Assembly: GCA_951406725.2 (NCBI GenBank)
Contig: OX597840.1
Location: 22,382,001 to 22,446,000, forward strand
DNA length: 64,000 nucleotides
From: Octopus vulgaris
Taxonomy: Eukaryota
Reading direction: 5' to 3'
The notes beneath the pieces are model-generated. The model did not search any database and was not told the origin of the DNA. It saw only the letters and a program-made list of their open reading frames with translations. Positions 23,133 to 36,557 of the stretch are shown piece by piece. Position numbers and translations under genes: made by a program. Every line of letters begins with the position of its first letter. The stretch's first letter is position 1.

Positions 23133-23759
23133 CATATTTGTATACGTTTTTGTGAGTATGATGGACTTCTTTCAGTTTCCATCTACCACATCCACTCACA
23201 GGGTTTTAGTCGGCTCAAAGCTATTGTAGAAGACATTTGCCTAAGGAGCCATGCAGTCGGACTGAACCCAGAACCATGTGGTTGCTTACCAACCACATGG
23301 TTCCAGGCTGACCAAAAATCTTGAGTGGATTTGGTAGACAGAAACTGAAAGAAGCTCGTCATGTGTGTATTTCTGTGTCTGTGTTTGTCTTCACCATCAT
23401 CGCTTGACAACTGATGCTGGTGTGTTTACATCCCTGTAACTTAGCAGTTTGACAAAAGAGACCAATAGAATAAGTACTAGACTTACAAAAAATAAGTCTT
23501 TGGGGTCGATTTATTCGACTAAAGGTGGTGCTCCAGCGTAGCTGCAGTCAGATGAGTAAAATGGGTATCAAAGAAGTTCATAGGTAAATATTGATTTGAG
23601 AAACACTGCTATAGACGGAGCTTTAGTTTCTGGATTGTAATCATGCTTGGCAAACAGGTTAGGTTTGGTGACAGGAAGAGCTTCCAGTGCTCTTGTAGAA
23701 AATGTGCCTTGGTAAATTCAGTTTCATCCATGCAAGCATGGAAAAGTGAATGTGTAGAC

Positions 23760-24048
23760 CAGTTTTTCTCAACTGGGGTCCATATAAGATTTTGGAGATC
23801 CACAATAGAATTTTAAGGGCCCCTGAAAATATTTTGCTTTGGATGTATGAATTGGTATTTATTGCAAGAAACGACTAAGTTTCCTTCTCTAACATTGCTC
23901 ATAGTTTAACCTACACAAGTTTGTGTCAAAACATTAATAAATAACATTCTATAAAACTGGTTTTTAAAGATTGAATGGCTTATGGGGGTCCACCAAAATA
24001 AAATAATAATCAAAGGGGTCCATATATAAAAATGGTTGAGAACTTCTG
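23760..24048. mobile_element. hAT-like MITE
   Basis: Ends CAGTTTTTCTCAAC ... GTTGAGAACTTCTG. Homologous to 29782-30122; no clear TSD. Confidence 0.7.
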
Positions 24049-24182
24049 TTTTAAATTGATAGTGATGATGATTGTTATTATTACTGCCACAGTGGCAAAC
24101 TGTACCTGCTTCTGCTTTTCTTGTTGCCACTATTGGTAGCTTAGAGAAGCAAGACTTGCATTTTTGGGCAACTGCTTGTCTT

Positions 24183-24215
<33 letters not shown>

Positions 24216-24489
24216 AAAAGAAATACTTCCCCAGGCCTCTATCTTATTGAGGAATATGCCAGGTACAGATAATCAAAGTGTTTACACACACACAGGGCTT
24301 TCACCCAGTTGTTGTTTATGCAATTTCACTCCCAAGGTATTGCTCTGTGTGTTAAGGTGACCTTTATGGAATCACTGATAGTGTGCAGGAGTGATTTGAC
24401 CTCTGTGTGTGTGGAGAGAGAGAGAGAGAGAGAGAGTGTAAGGAGACCAACAAATATGCTGACATTTACACTGATGCCTTTCAATTAGA

Positions 24490-25220
24490 TGGTTTAGTAT
24501 TTGTGTGGCTGGTATGTGTCTTATGTTTGTAGGGTGATAGCTCTGTATTGGTGGTGTGGGTGTGTGAGAGATTGTATAGAGGTGTGACAGTCTGGGTCGG
24601 TGTGTGTGTGTGTGCATGGGGGATTATTTTCTGTACAGGTGTCTGTCTATATGTATGTGGATAAATGTGTGATTGTGTGTCAGTAGGGGTTGTTTCTTTT
24701 TCTGTGTGCATGCCTTGCACTTGCAGAGTGGCTTGTTTTGTGTCTGTCTGTATAAATGTGAATGTGTGCAGCGGTTCTTTCTGTGTGTTCCCATGTGTCT
24801 TCTGTTTGTAAAGTGGTAGCTCAGTATATGTGTTTGTGTGTGTAGGGGCTTGTTTTGTGTACAGGTGTCTTTCTATTGGTATGTGTGACTGTGTAGGGGT
24901 TCTTTTTCTGTGTGACTTGTATTTATAGAGTGGTTGTGTGAATGGGTTCTTTGTGTTTGTATGTATGCTTGTGTGTGGTTGGTATGTGTGTCTTCTGCCT
25001 GTAGGATGGTAGCTTCATAAAGGTGTGAGAGTGTAGAGGTGTGGTTCTGTGTATGTGTGGGGGATTGTTTTGTGTACAGTTGTTTGTTTATCTGTATGTG
25101 TGTGGTTGGTATGTGTATGCCTTGTGTTTGTAGGGCAGTAGCTCAGTAAAGGTGCAGTTCTCTGTGTGTATGTGTAGGGGCTTGTTTTGTGTGGAGATGT
25201 CAGTTTGTCACTCACCATAT
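24490..25220. repeat. Diverged GT-rich tandem repeat
   Basis: Recurrent ATGTGTCTT..TTTGTAGG..GTAGCTC and GGGG.TTGTTTTGTGTACAG motifs near 24510, 24790, 24985 and 25110. Confidence 0.55.
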
Positions 25221-27318
25221 CGGTGTTTGTCTGCAACTGCTCTGTATGGGTGCATGTAATTGCATCTATGTACTTATCTGCATTATACCTGTGTCAGTAT
25301 GGAGCTGTGTCGATTGTATCTGTTGCTCGGCATATCTTTGCACGAGGAAGAGTGGGTGTGTTTCCAAAATAGATAAAAGCACTTGTAATTTATTTTAATC
25401 AAGCTGATAAAATTACTTTCTTTATCTCTTCCGTGTATATCTTGTACTGAATGGACATTTTGTTATTTGTGGCTTTTGTTTTCTTAAAATATTGTCTTCA
25501 TTTTATTCTTTTATTTGTTTCAGTCATTTGATTGTAGTCATGCTGGAGCACTGCCTTAAAGGGTTTTAGTTGAAGAAATCAACCCAGGGAATTTTTTTTT
25601 TTTTCAAGCTTAGTACTTAGACTCTCAGTCTCTTTTGCGGAATTGTTATGAGGACGTAAACACACCAACACTGGTCAGCAAGCAGTGGTAGTAAGGGAGA
25701 AACAAAGATATATGCACATACATACACTCTTTTACTTGTTTCAGTCATTTGACTGTGGTCATGCTGGAGCACCGCCTTTAGTCGAACAAATGGACCTAGG
25801 ACTTATTCTTTGTAAGCCTAATACTTATTCTATCGGTCTCTTTTGCTGAAATGCTAAGTTACAGGGATGTAGACTCATCCCCGTAACTTAGTGATGGTGG
25901 GGGAACAAGCAGACACACACACGATGGGCTTCTTTCAGTTTCCTACGATATCCACTCGCAAGGCTTTGGTCGGCCCGAGACTATAGTAGAAGATACTTGC
26001 CCAAGGTGCCATCCAGTGGGACTGAACCCGGAACCATGTGGTTGGGAAGCAAGCTTGCCACACTTGTGCCTATATATATTTATATGATGGGCTTCTTTCA
26101 GTTTCTGTCCACCAAATCCACTCACAAGGCTTTAGTCAGCCCAAGGCTATAGAAGACATTTGCTAAAGGTGTCATGCTGTGGGGTTGAACCTGGAAGCAT
26201 ATTGTTTGGAAGCAAGCTTCTTATTACACAGCTACATCTGTGGCCATAAGTTAAGTCTTTAAGTTAACTTTTTTTTTAATTTGACTTTTGTTTAGTTTCA
26301 ATTCAAATTGAAACTTTGATCTCTAGGCTGTTGTTCTCCCATTTCTCCTCCACATTTACCAACTGGACAACCACATAGATTAGTTGAAATGACAGAGAAA
26401 GGGCCAAATACTTCGTGGCAACAGTTGCCAAGTTTCTGTTTATGGAACTGGTACAGAACCCATGATGCAACTTGCCAAAAATCACAGAACCCAAATCTGT
26501 ATTCTATAAACAACTTCCACTATACTAAGCCTATTGTCATCGTTTAACGTTCACTTTTCCATGCTTGCATGGGTCAGATGAAATATATGGAAGCAGGTTT
26601 TTCTACAACTGGGTGTCCTTTCTGTTGCCAACCCTCACCACTTTCCAGATATTAAATGAAATCAAAATTATTTTAGAAAGAGTTGAACAAAAAAAATTTT
26701 TTAAAATTGGATAAAAGTTCCCTTCACTTGTAGAATCTAAGATTTTTCTCTTGGTATCCATTTTGACCCTTTAGCATTCAGGTTACTATTCTGTTAAATG
26801 TAATACTTATTTATTCATGTTTGAATTTACGATGCATTAACTCATTGCTTTGAGATTTTGATGACGTGATTGTCTTTTTTCTTTTTTTCGATGGCATTAT
26901 TGGGTAGGTGTGGGAAGCGAGTTTGAGCATAAAACAGGTGAGACATTTTGGCTGGATGGGGTCAGTTTAAATGCTAAAGGGCTAAACCAGCCATACTTAG
27001 CCCAATTATTTTACTTGTTTTATGTTCAAACCAGCCAGATCTGGTATCTCGCAATACCAGGCTTTAAAAAGTTAGAAATTAATTGCTGAGGTCAATTCAT
27101 TAGAAATTAATTATTGGGGTCAATTCATTAGACTAAAGCGTCTTCAAGGCAGTGCCCCAGCATGGCCACAGTCTAATGACTGAAAGAAGTGAAGTAAAAG
27201 ATAAAAGGAAGATAATGTAATTTTGATAAGTTTTAATTTAAGTCACTTTTAAAACAGAGGTGGGGGAATTTGTTGTCGAATGAGGGAGATATCTCTGCTG
27301 GATTAGATCAAAAAAGAT

Positions 27319-28378
27319 AACCATAAAAACCCATGTGATTTACGCAGGTGATTTTCAGGATAAAATTTTTTTTTTAAAATGCTTCTACTTATGTAAAATT
27401 CACCTTTAAAAATTTTGAGAATTGCCAATATAGCCAGGGGGAAAAGGTTTCCAATTTAGTTGTATTTAGCATAATTTTACTTACTTCTGATTAGATTTTA
27501 TTTAATTTTCATTAAATAAAAATAATTTCTGTTTAACAGGTATCACATTGAAAGCTATTAAATTAAAAAGTGCTTATGTTGTTTATAATAAACTTTATTT
27601 TACATTTCTTGCCCACAAGAGATTATGTCTGATCTTTAGCTTACTGCTGTGTCTTCTTAAATCACAATCACAGGAAAAGTTGTTGATGAGAATTACCAAC
27701 CAAAGCAAAGCTAATAAATACGCACAGGTGTTACAAATTAAGTTTAATTACCAATAAACATCAGCTTGGATGACACTTTACTCAACTGACAGAAGGTGAC
27801 TGATCAAACTGATTATATAAACAGAATTCTTTTCCATCTATTCTTGTGGGAACCTTTGATATGGAGTGTTGAAATTTTAATCCCTTTCACACTTATAAAA
27901 TGTGAAGCAAACTTTAAAATTTGTCATTTCCGTTATTGCTAGTATGGGCAGAACTTATGAATTGTTTACTGCGAAGGAGAAATTAAATATGTGCTCCATT
28001 GCAATAAGTAGAGACTCCAAGCAATGTAAAATATAGCCTGGACCAAGTTTACTAGCATGAATGTTAGACTTCAAAAACTAGTTAACCATTTAGTGATTTT
28101 AGTAAATTTAAACAGAAAAAGTAAGCATTATACTGTCCAGCATAAATAAGTCCACTTCTTTATGTGTATTGAAGGCATTATTTTTTTCTGTGAAAACCTA
28201 TTCTGACATTAAATGAGTCAACTTGTACAAATGTTTACGTTTTGCATGTCTTTTTTCAACAAAAAAAATTTCAAAACAAATTCTGGAAACGATCTACTCG
28301 TGTAATTTACGCAGCCCCTAAAGTTTATTTTTACTTTTGCGCAAAAAAAGTGAATAAATTAAATGGATTTTTACGGTA
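27319..28378. mobile_element. Possible non-autonomous Tc1/mariner-superfamily DNA transposon
   Basis: Imperfect inverted ends ACCATAAAAACCCATGTGATTTA ... TAAATTAAATGGATTTTTACGGTA, with a subterminal repeat (GTGTAATTTACGCAG near 28300). Confidence 0.4.
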
Positions 28379-29274
28379 ATCATTGTTGCTGGTGTCGTGT
28401 AAATGGCAGGTGTGATATTCTAGTCCTGGTCATTGATAGCACCATGTAAATGACACCTGTGAATCATAGTTATGGTCGTTGCTGGTGCCATGTCAATGGC
28501 ACCCATGGCACTTAGAAGCACCCATTACACTTCTGGGGTGGTTGGCGTTGGGAAGGACATCCAGTTGTCAAAACCAAGCTAAGTCAGACTGGAACCTGGT
28601 GCAGCTCTCCGGCTTATCAGCGCCAGCATGGAGAGTGGACTTGAAATGATGATGACAAACAGTACACTTGTTGTCTCCTTGTCAAGGCAGCTTGTTTGAA
28701 CAGATCTGTTGAGAGATTCTACTGATAATATATATACACACACACATATGAGCACCAGTTACACACTATAAACACATTAATGCAATCAGCAATGTTCTAC
28801 TTGAGTCATCTTGCCACTTCACACTAAATATTTATTATACATTTATGCATGTCACTGAATCCTTTCAGACTAACAGGCCAAACACATTAGAGCCAAGCCA
28901 CAAAATCCTGTCTATTTTATTTATTTCTTTACTCTTTTCTTCTCTCTTTCATGCTCCAATGAACACTGTTCTGTCCTTGAATGATTTCTTTGGAGGCTGA
29001 TTTTTGGGAGTTTTTTTTATGAGAACAGGTTGCTGACTCCTCCCTCGACTGTGTCTCTGTTTCTAGTGAGGAACTCTATGAGCAGGACTCAAAGATCTAT
29101 TTTATTTATTTCTTTACTCTTTTCTTCTCTTTTTCATGCTCCAATGAACACTTATTCTGTCGGTTTCTATTGCTGAACTGCTAAGTTACAGCAATATAAA
29201 CAAATAAGGTTGCCAATTCAGTGTTGTGGTAGAGTCACACACACACACACACACACACTCACTTGCTCACACAT

Positions 29275-29425
29275 TCAGCATTAGTTGACGGAATCTTCAT
29301 GAAGTGGCTGGAGCACTACAAGAAGTGCATTGAAGTCAGAAGATTCTACTTTGAAAGAGATTAAAGTTTTCTACTTCTTTGAAATTAATGCCTTTCCTAA
29401 AAAAACTTCTGGAATGCACCTTGTA
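29275..29425 (+). mobile_element. 3' remnant of a mariner element
   Basis: IFMKWLEHYKKCIEVRRFYFERD* resembles a mariner C-terminus. Followed by a TIR-like AAACTTCTGGAATGCACCTTG-TA. Confidence 0.6.
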
Positions 29426-29781
29426 GAAGCTATTTACTCAAGGTACCATGCAGTGGAACTGAACCTGAAACTACATGTAATGCAGTTGATTCCAACCTAG
29501 AGAGTAGTAGTGTTGATTCCAGTTCTTGAATAATACTTAATTCTTTGACCTTGGCCTGATTTGAACTCAGACAGCCAGAACCAGTAGCACAATGAATTCT
29601 GTTCAATGCTCTTATGACACTCTACCAGTTTGTCAAATCCAAACTGTTAGAAAAGTCTCTGAAAAAATTATGCTTTACCACTAAAAAAAATAATAATAAA
29701 GACATTTTGGATAATGTTATCCAAGGTGAACTTAGTCTGAAGAGATGGAATGGTCATGTTAGGGGCAGGAACATCTTAGAT

Positions 29782-30122
29782 CAGTGGTTCTCAGCTAGGA
29801 TCCCTATGGTCCCTGAGGGTCCATATAAGATTTTTGAGGATCCACACAGCAAAATAGTAAATGAGGGATCCACAATAGTATTTTAAGGGACACTGAAAAC
29901 AATTTTGCTGTAGATGTATGTGTTGCAAGAAACATCTAGGTTTCTTTCTCTAACATTTTACATAGTTCAACCGACGACCAGTTAATGCGTGAAAAATTAA
30001 ATAGGAATTTTGAGAGAAGTTTCTATAAAGCTAAGTTTTAAACATCAAATGGCTATGGGGGTCCACCAGAATAAAATACTAATCAAAGGGGTCCATAGAT
30101 GAAAAATAGGTGGGAACCCTTG
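29782..30122. mobile_element. hAT (Charlie-like) MITE
   Basis: CAGTGGTTCTCA..TGGGAACCCTTG ends; 8-bp TSD TCTTAGAT / CCTTAGAT. Confidence 0.8.
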
Positions 30123-32835
30123 CCTTAGATGATTGATTAGCTGGAGGAAGACTGACCTGGGCCATGGGGAATGGGGGTTAACCCATCAGCTAGCATTCAG
30201 ATAACTCTGTCAACTGTAATGCTTATTTGTTTTGCAGAGTTTTGAATTAATCTTGCATTATCTTTTAGCTTTTAGAGTTTGATGAAATGATTGTTTATTT
30301 TTAGAATGACATTGTAGGGTAGGTGTGAGAGATCAGATCTGACCAGTATGAACATAAAGCAAGTAGGATATGTGAACTGGATTTGGCCAGCTTAAATGCT
30401 ACACGGTTAGACTACTACTACGTAATGATGATGCCAGTACCGCCTGACTGGTTCCTGTGCCAGTGGCATGTAAAAAGCACCCACTACACTCTGAGAGTGG
30501 TTGGCGTTAGGAAGGGCATCCAGCTGTAGAAACTTTGCCAGATCAGATTGGAGCCTGGTGCAGCCATCTGGCTTGCCAGCATGAAAAGTAGATGTTAAAC
30601 AACGATGTGTGTGTTTTATATATAAACACACCACGTGTAAAATATTTGAAGTTTAAATAAAAAAGGTGGATAAATACATACACTGAAATAAACGAACTTA
30701 CACAGAGTTATTTGTGTTATTCGGCTACCCTAATGACAAATGTGAAACGATCCTTCCATCTAACAAACACACACACACACACCTACAGAAAACCTATTGT
30801 TTATAGACATGGCCATACAGGATACATATATCTACTCATTGTTTTACTATTAAACACTCAGAACTATCGAAGCATTGTTTACAATCACACCTATTTAGGT
30901 CATATACACACTACTGTCTTACTATCACACTTATGTTAACAAACAGAGAATACGCATATACATACAAGGAACACATACATATGAAGGACAGATATATATA
31001 TACACACACACATACTATTGTTTATTATGCGATACATAAGCACAAATACCCAAATATTTGCATAAATTACAAAATTAGGTATAAATTGAAATATTGTAGA
31101 AGTGGTGGTGGAGATGGTAAAGTAAGTGCATTGCTGCTGCTGCCATCACCACCACCACCAAGTCTGTGTTGAACAAGTTCTTTTTGTTTAACCATAGGTC
31201 AACCCTGATAAGCAATATCTGTAATGATCAAGGATATTGAAACTATCTTCTACTCAAAGTACCTTTAAGATTACATTATCTAATATGGCTACAACCCCCC
31301 CCCCCCCAAAAAAAAACCTAAGATGTAGTTTGAGAGAGATTTGCTGTAGTTTCTAGCAAATCAACCACATAAAGACTATCTTTTCCATTACCTAGTAGTA
31401 GTAGTTTAACCGTGTAGCATTTAAACTGGCCAAATCCAGTTCACATATCCTGCTTGCTTTATGTTCATACTGGTCAGATCTGATCTCTCACACCTACCCT
31501 ACAATGTCATTCTAAAAATAAACAATGGTGGTGATGGTAGCTGAGGCAGTCAGGGTGATAGTGGTAGTAAGCGATGTGAAAGACAGTGATGATGGTGATG
31601 GAGGGGAAGGCAGCAAAGTCAAAGGTATTGGTGGTGGTAGCATCAGAAATCTGAACGGTGTGTGTATGGCAGTTGTGGAGGCAATAGTGGCATGTATTGG
31701 TGATGGTGATGGTTGTAAACAATCAACAGAAAGAGAGAGGTTAGAAAAACAAATTGTACTGACCCCGAAATGAGAAGGCAAAAAATGTTGTTTATCATGC
31801 AGCTTTGCAGTAAGTTCCAGGTTGACAAATTATTGTTTTGATGAAAATTGTTCCTTGCTTGAAAAATATTAGTCAAGTTTAATAAAATTCAATATGAAAT
31901 CAATTCATGAAATGTCATTGTTGGGCCCAAGGCCCAATGAAGAGCCTTTCATAGGAGCTAGCTTAAAAGCTGCCCTGTCTGGCAGCTTTTAAGCTAGTAG
32001 GCAATAAACTGGACAAAGAAATCTGAATACTGAAGGGTCAACTGTTTTGATCCCAATCTGCCTGACCTATCCCCCACCATCGATCTACAATATTAACTTC
32101 TTATTTCAAATATTGGCACAAGGCTGGTCTTTTCAGTGGGGAATGGGTGATGAGGCAATTACATTTCTTCCAGTGTTCAGCTGGTCCTTATTTTAGTGAC
32201 CCCAAAAAGATGAAAGGCAAATTGACCTTAGCAGAATTTGAACTCAGAATGTAAAGATGCAAGAAATGCTGGTAAGCATTTTGCCCAGCTTGCTGATGAC
32301 AATAATTTTAATAGTCCTTTCTACTATAGGCACAATGCCTGAAATTTTGAAGGGGGCAGTTGACTACATCAACCCCAGCGCTCAAATGGTGCTTATTTTA
32401 TTGACCCCAAAAGGACAAAAGACAAAGTTGACCTCTGTGGAATTTGAACTCAATCTAAAAATGGTTGAAATGCCGTTAAACACTTTGCCCAGCATGCTAA
32501 CGGTTCTCCCAGCTTGCTGCTTTGCACACTCGTTTAACTCTTTAGCATTTAAACTAGCCATATCTGACCTAAGTATTCTTCTTTTATGTTCAAAGTGGTC
32601 AGATCTGGCCTCTCACACCTACCCGAAAATGTCATTCTAAAAATAGTCTTGTTATTGAGATTTGAAAGCTGTAAGATAATCCTTGAGTAATTCAAAGTAA
32701 TGTGGATATAAAAGCATGACATTTGACAGTATTTTGAATGCTAAAGGGTTTAGCCTTCATCATCCAGATTACTCTGTCAAATGCAATTCCTTTTTTACTC
32801 AAATTGTTTTGAATTAACCAGGCATTACTTTATAG

Positions 32836-33274
32836 AAGCGATTCTCAACCATTTTTATGGATTCCTTTTGATTACTCTTTTATTCTGGTGGACCACCATA
32901 ACCATTCAATATTTAAAAACTAAATAAATAAGTAAATTTGTGGAAATTGAACTTGTGAAAGGCACTAAAAGAGGACGACTCTCTCCAGACACAAAATATG
33001 CTTCAACACATGAATTCACATAAAAAATTTTGCAAACCAAATACAAAAATGAAATTTAAAAACTAATTTTATAGAAACTTCTTTCAAAATTCCTATTTTG
33101 TTTTTCACACATTAACTTGTGTAAGTTGAATTAATAAAATGTTCAAGAAAGCTCGTTGTTTCTTGCAATACATACAAATACATCTAAAGCAAACTTTTTT
33201 CAGGCACCCTTGAAATATTATTGTGGATCCCCAGTTGACTATTTTGTGGTGTGGACCCCAGTCAAGAACCACTG
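32836..33274. mobile_element. hAT MITE nested inside a piggyBac-like MITE
   Basis: 8-bp TSD CTTTATAG / CCTTATAG; ends ..GATTCTCAACC / AAGAACCACTG. The flanks (about 32755-32835 and 33275-33415) rejoin into one family-1 MITE. Confidence 0.75.
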
Positions 33275-34536
33275 CCTTATAGCTTTGAGGGTTTCAATGA
33301 TGTGATTGTTTATTTTTAGAATGTCAATGTAGGCTAGGTGTGATAGGCTGGATATGGCCAGTTGGAATGTAAAACATGTAGAATATTTAGGCTGGATATG
33401 GCATTAAAAGGTTAAGGATTGACTGTCATTTTAATAAATTCTTCATTGGTTTTTTATATTAATAGAAATAAAAGCATGTTGTAACTGCAAAGTGAGTTAA
33501 TACATAGATTAAAGCATGAGTTATTACACTTGGTGTAATAAATTAATTAAATTATAAATTAAAAATAGTTCTTGTAATGTAAGCATTACTGATCACACAT
33601 ACATAGAATGTTTTGTTTATATGCTGAATTTGCTGCAGGATAGGGTCTGGAAGAGCTCCCTATGAAGTGTATATTTGCAATCAATAATGCTGGCAAATAT
33701 TACTGTATTTCTATATTTTTTGTTGTGGCACTGTCAGTTATGATGAGTGTTCCAGTTGATCCGACTGACGGAACCACCACCTCACAGACATGTGTACCCT
33801 TAATGTAGACCTCAGGGAGATTCAGCATGACACAGAAATGTAACAAGGCTGGCCCTTTGAAATATGGATATTACTCATTTTTGCCAGCTGAGTCAACTGG
33901 AGCAACACGAAATAAAGTGTGTTGCTCAAGGACACAGTGCATTGCCAAGAATTGAACTTATGATTGTTAGCCAATTAGCCATAACCACCACCAAGCCACA
34001 TGCCTTCACTGTGTTTCTAGATACAGTGATGTAAACAATGTGTGCTATTCTCTCAACAATTGTCCTGCCTTGTCTCACCCATTAAATACTTCAACCCTGT
34101 CACCAGACAGGTGGTTTGCTCTAGAATAAAAGTAAAGTTTTGGTATCTGCCATTGAGCCAGTGTTTAATTAAAATAATTATCTGCTAATAGCGACAGCCA
34201 TTGGTGTGACTGTGTTTGCTTCCCACCGCATACTTTTGAGTTCAGTCCCACTGCATGGCACCTTGGGCTAGTGTCTTCTACTATAGCCTAAGGCCGACCA
34301 AAGCCTTGTGAGTGGATCTGCTAGATGGAAACTGAATGAAGCCTGTCATTTTATGTCAATTATTTTTAAGGATTCAAAACAAAAAAACTATAATATAGTA
34401 GTGTTGCTGAATTTGTTCAGCTTTAATCATCTTTATTGGTTTTCCACTACTTCCAGTATTGAGGAGGATTTTTATAATTGTTATCTGTACATTGTATAAT
34501 TATTATTTCTAAAATAAAATACTTTCTCTCTTCCAG

Positions 34537-34593
34537 AATATACAACACTTGAAGCAATGTAAGATAAGAACTTTTACTACAGCACCAAGTACT
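34537..34593 (+). CDS. CS: Citrate synthase, mitochondrial: internal exon encoding the end of the targeting peptide (NIQHLKQCKIRTFTTAPST)
   Basis: Polypyrimidine tract + CAG acceptor and GTGAGT donor; 57 nt, phase 0/0. Basic, S/T-rich and acid-free like a presequence, and joins in frame to NLKDVL. Confidence 0.8.
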
Positions 34594-35630
34594 GTGAGTA
34601 GCTTTTTATGAGTTTCTGATTTCTGTTTTGGTATAACTTATTCACACACACTCATGCACTCCCATTTGCACACTCTTACATGCACCCTCTTGTGCACATG
34701 TGCCCTCTCACACCACATGCACATACTCTCACTATGCACTCTCGCTCATACACCACACATACTTACCAGATGCACTCCCTCACACTTTGCATGCACACAC
34801 TTCCTCAAACCACATGCTCTTGCTCACTTGTAATATTTCACCCCTCCCCCCCACACACAGCTATGTACATTCGGTCTCTCTCTCAGACATAGTTGTGTGT
34901 ACTCACTCATTTGTTGTTGCTCCCTACAGTCATCTACTTCACTCACTAACGTACCCCTAGAGTTTGTTTGTGAGTGACTGAGATGCTAAGTCCAATTTGT
35001 CTTTCACCTCTGTTGACAAATGACCAACCAGAGACAAGGTGGTGGTGTTAGCCTTCAGGATGGCCCTCATACAGCAGATTCCTCATTAAAGGGCTTCTAG
35101 CTGTAACCATTTCATCTTTTCACTTTCTGATACAAAATAATCAAAAACTACAGTGTAGAATGTGTCCTTCCTATTTTAAAATTATAGTGTTACACGAGGG
35201 AGACTTTAGCTGCTATTTCTCACAAGTTGTGTGATAAAATACTGGTTCTTTTAGCTCTGTTAGCAACATCTTTTTTTGGTTGGTGAGATAATTTTGCATC
35301 ATTTAGCAGCATCCTTGTTGATTGCTCTATTATTAACATTCTTACTGGTTCAGTAGGTACCTTTTAGCTTCATAATTCGTCCCCTGTTTAGTTTGAGAAG
35401 CTCTCTCAGCTCAGTTATCTTTCCTGTTCAAGAAGCTCTTTCATTATTATCATCATTTAACATCTGCTTTCCATGCTGGCCTGCGTTGGATGGTTTAACT
35501 GGAGGTGGTAAGCTGCAGTGCTGCATTTGTCTGTTTTGGAATGATTTCTACAGCTGAAAGCCCTTCCTAATGCCAGCCATTTTACAGAGTGCACTGGGTG
35601 TCTTTTACATGTTACTGGCATCGGTGCATT

Positions 35631-36467
35631 TTGCATGACGCCAGCACGAACAACCCCTTGCATGACACTAACATGAGCAACCCCTTGCGTGACGCTGGCA
35701 CGAGCAACCCTTTGCGTGACGTCGACATGAGCAACCCCTTGCATGATGCCAGCAAGAGCAACCTCTTACATGACGCTGGCACGAACAACCCCTTGCATGA
35801 CACTAACATGAGCAACCCCTTGCGTGACGCTGGCACGAGCAACCCCTTGCGTGACGCCGACACAAGCAACCCCTTGTGTGACGCCGACATGAGCAACCCC
35901 TTGCATGATGCCAGCAAGAGCAACCTCTTACATGACGCTGGCACGAACAACCCCTTGCATGACTCCGGCATGAGCAACCCCTTGCATGATGCCAGCAAGA
36001 GCAACCCCTTGCATGACGCTGGCACGAACAACCCCTTGCATGACTCCGGCACGAGTAACCCCTTGCATGATGCCAGCAAGAGCAACCTCTTACATGACGC
36101 TGGCACGAACAACCCCTTGCATGACTCCGGCATGAGCAACCCCTTGCATGATGCCAGCAAGAGCAACCCCTTGCATGATGCCAGCAAGAGCAACCCCTTG
36201 CATGACGCTGGCACGAACAACCCCTTGCATGACTCCGGCACGAGTAACCCCTTGCATGATGCCAGCAAGAGCAACCTCTTACATGACGCTGGCACGAACA
36301 ACCCCTTGCATGACTCCGGCATGAGCAACCCCTTGCATGATGCCAGCAAGAGCAACCCCTTGCATGATGCCGGCACGAGCAACCCCTTGCATGACGCTGG
36401 CACGAGCGACCCCTTGCATGACGCCGGCACGAGCGACCCCTTGCATGACGCCGGCACGAGCAACCCC
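35631..36467. repeat. Minisatellite, 31 x 27 bp (consensus TTGCATGACGCTGGCACGAGCAACCCC) with higher-order structure
   Basis: 837 bp = 31 units with no indels; translates as 31 LHDxxxxNP-type nonapeptides. Attached to a minus-strand RTE 3'-tail copy (about 35450-35628). Confidence 0.95.
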
Positions 36468-36557
36468 AGTGTAGGTGCCTTTAGTGAAATTGCTTATGTT
36501 TCCTTCGAAATCTAAAACATTATTATTATTAATTTTTATCCATTTGTTTGGTTTCAG

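Noticed and set aside
28905-29160. Local direct duplications (about 60 bp here; about 150 bp at 57400-57830)
   Set aside because: Real but ordinary intronic duplications with no sign of function.
31936-31965. Possible further hammerhead (ATGAAGA-GCCT..AGG-AGCTAGCT)
   Set aside because: It lacks C3, the GAA box and a closing stem I, so it is too degenerate to call.
35631-36467. CRISPR-like array or a real repeat protein (308-aa and 283-aa ORFs)
   Set aside because: Units are contiguous with no unique spacers, there are no cas genes, and the context is a eukaryotic intron. The open frames follow from a stop-free 27-bp unit.
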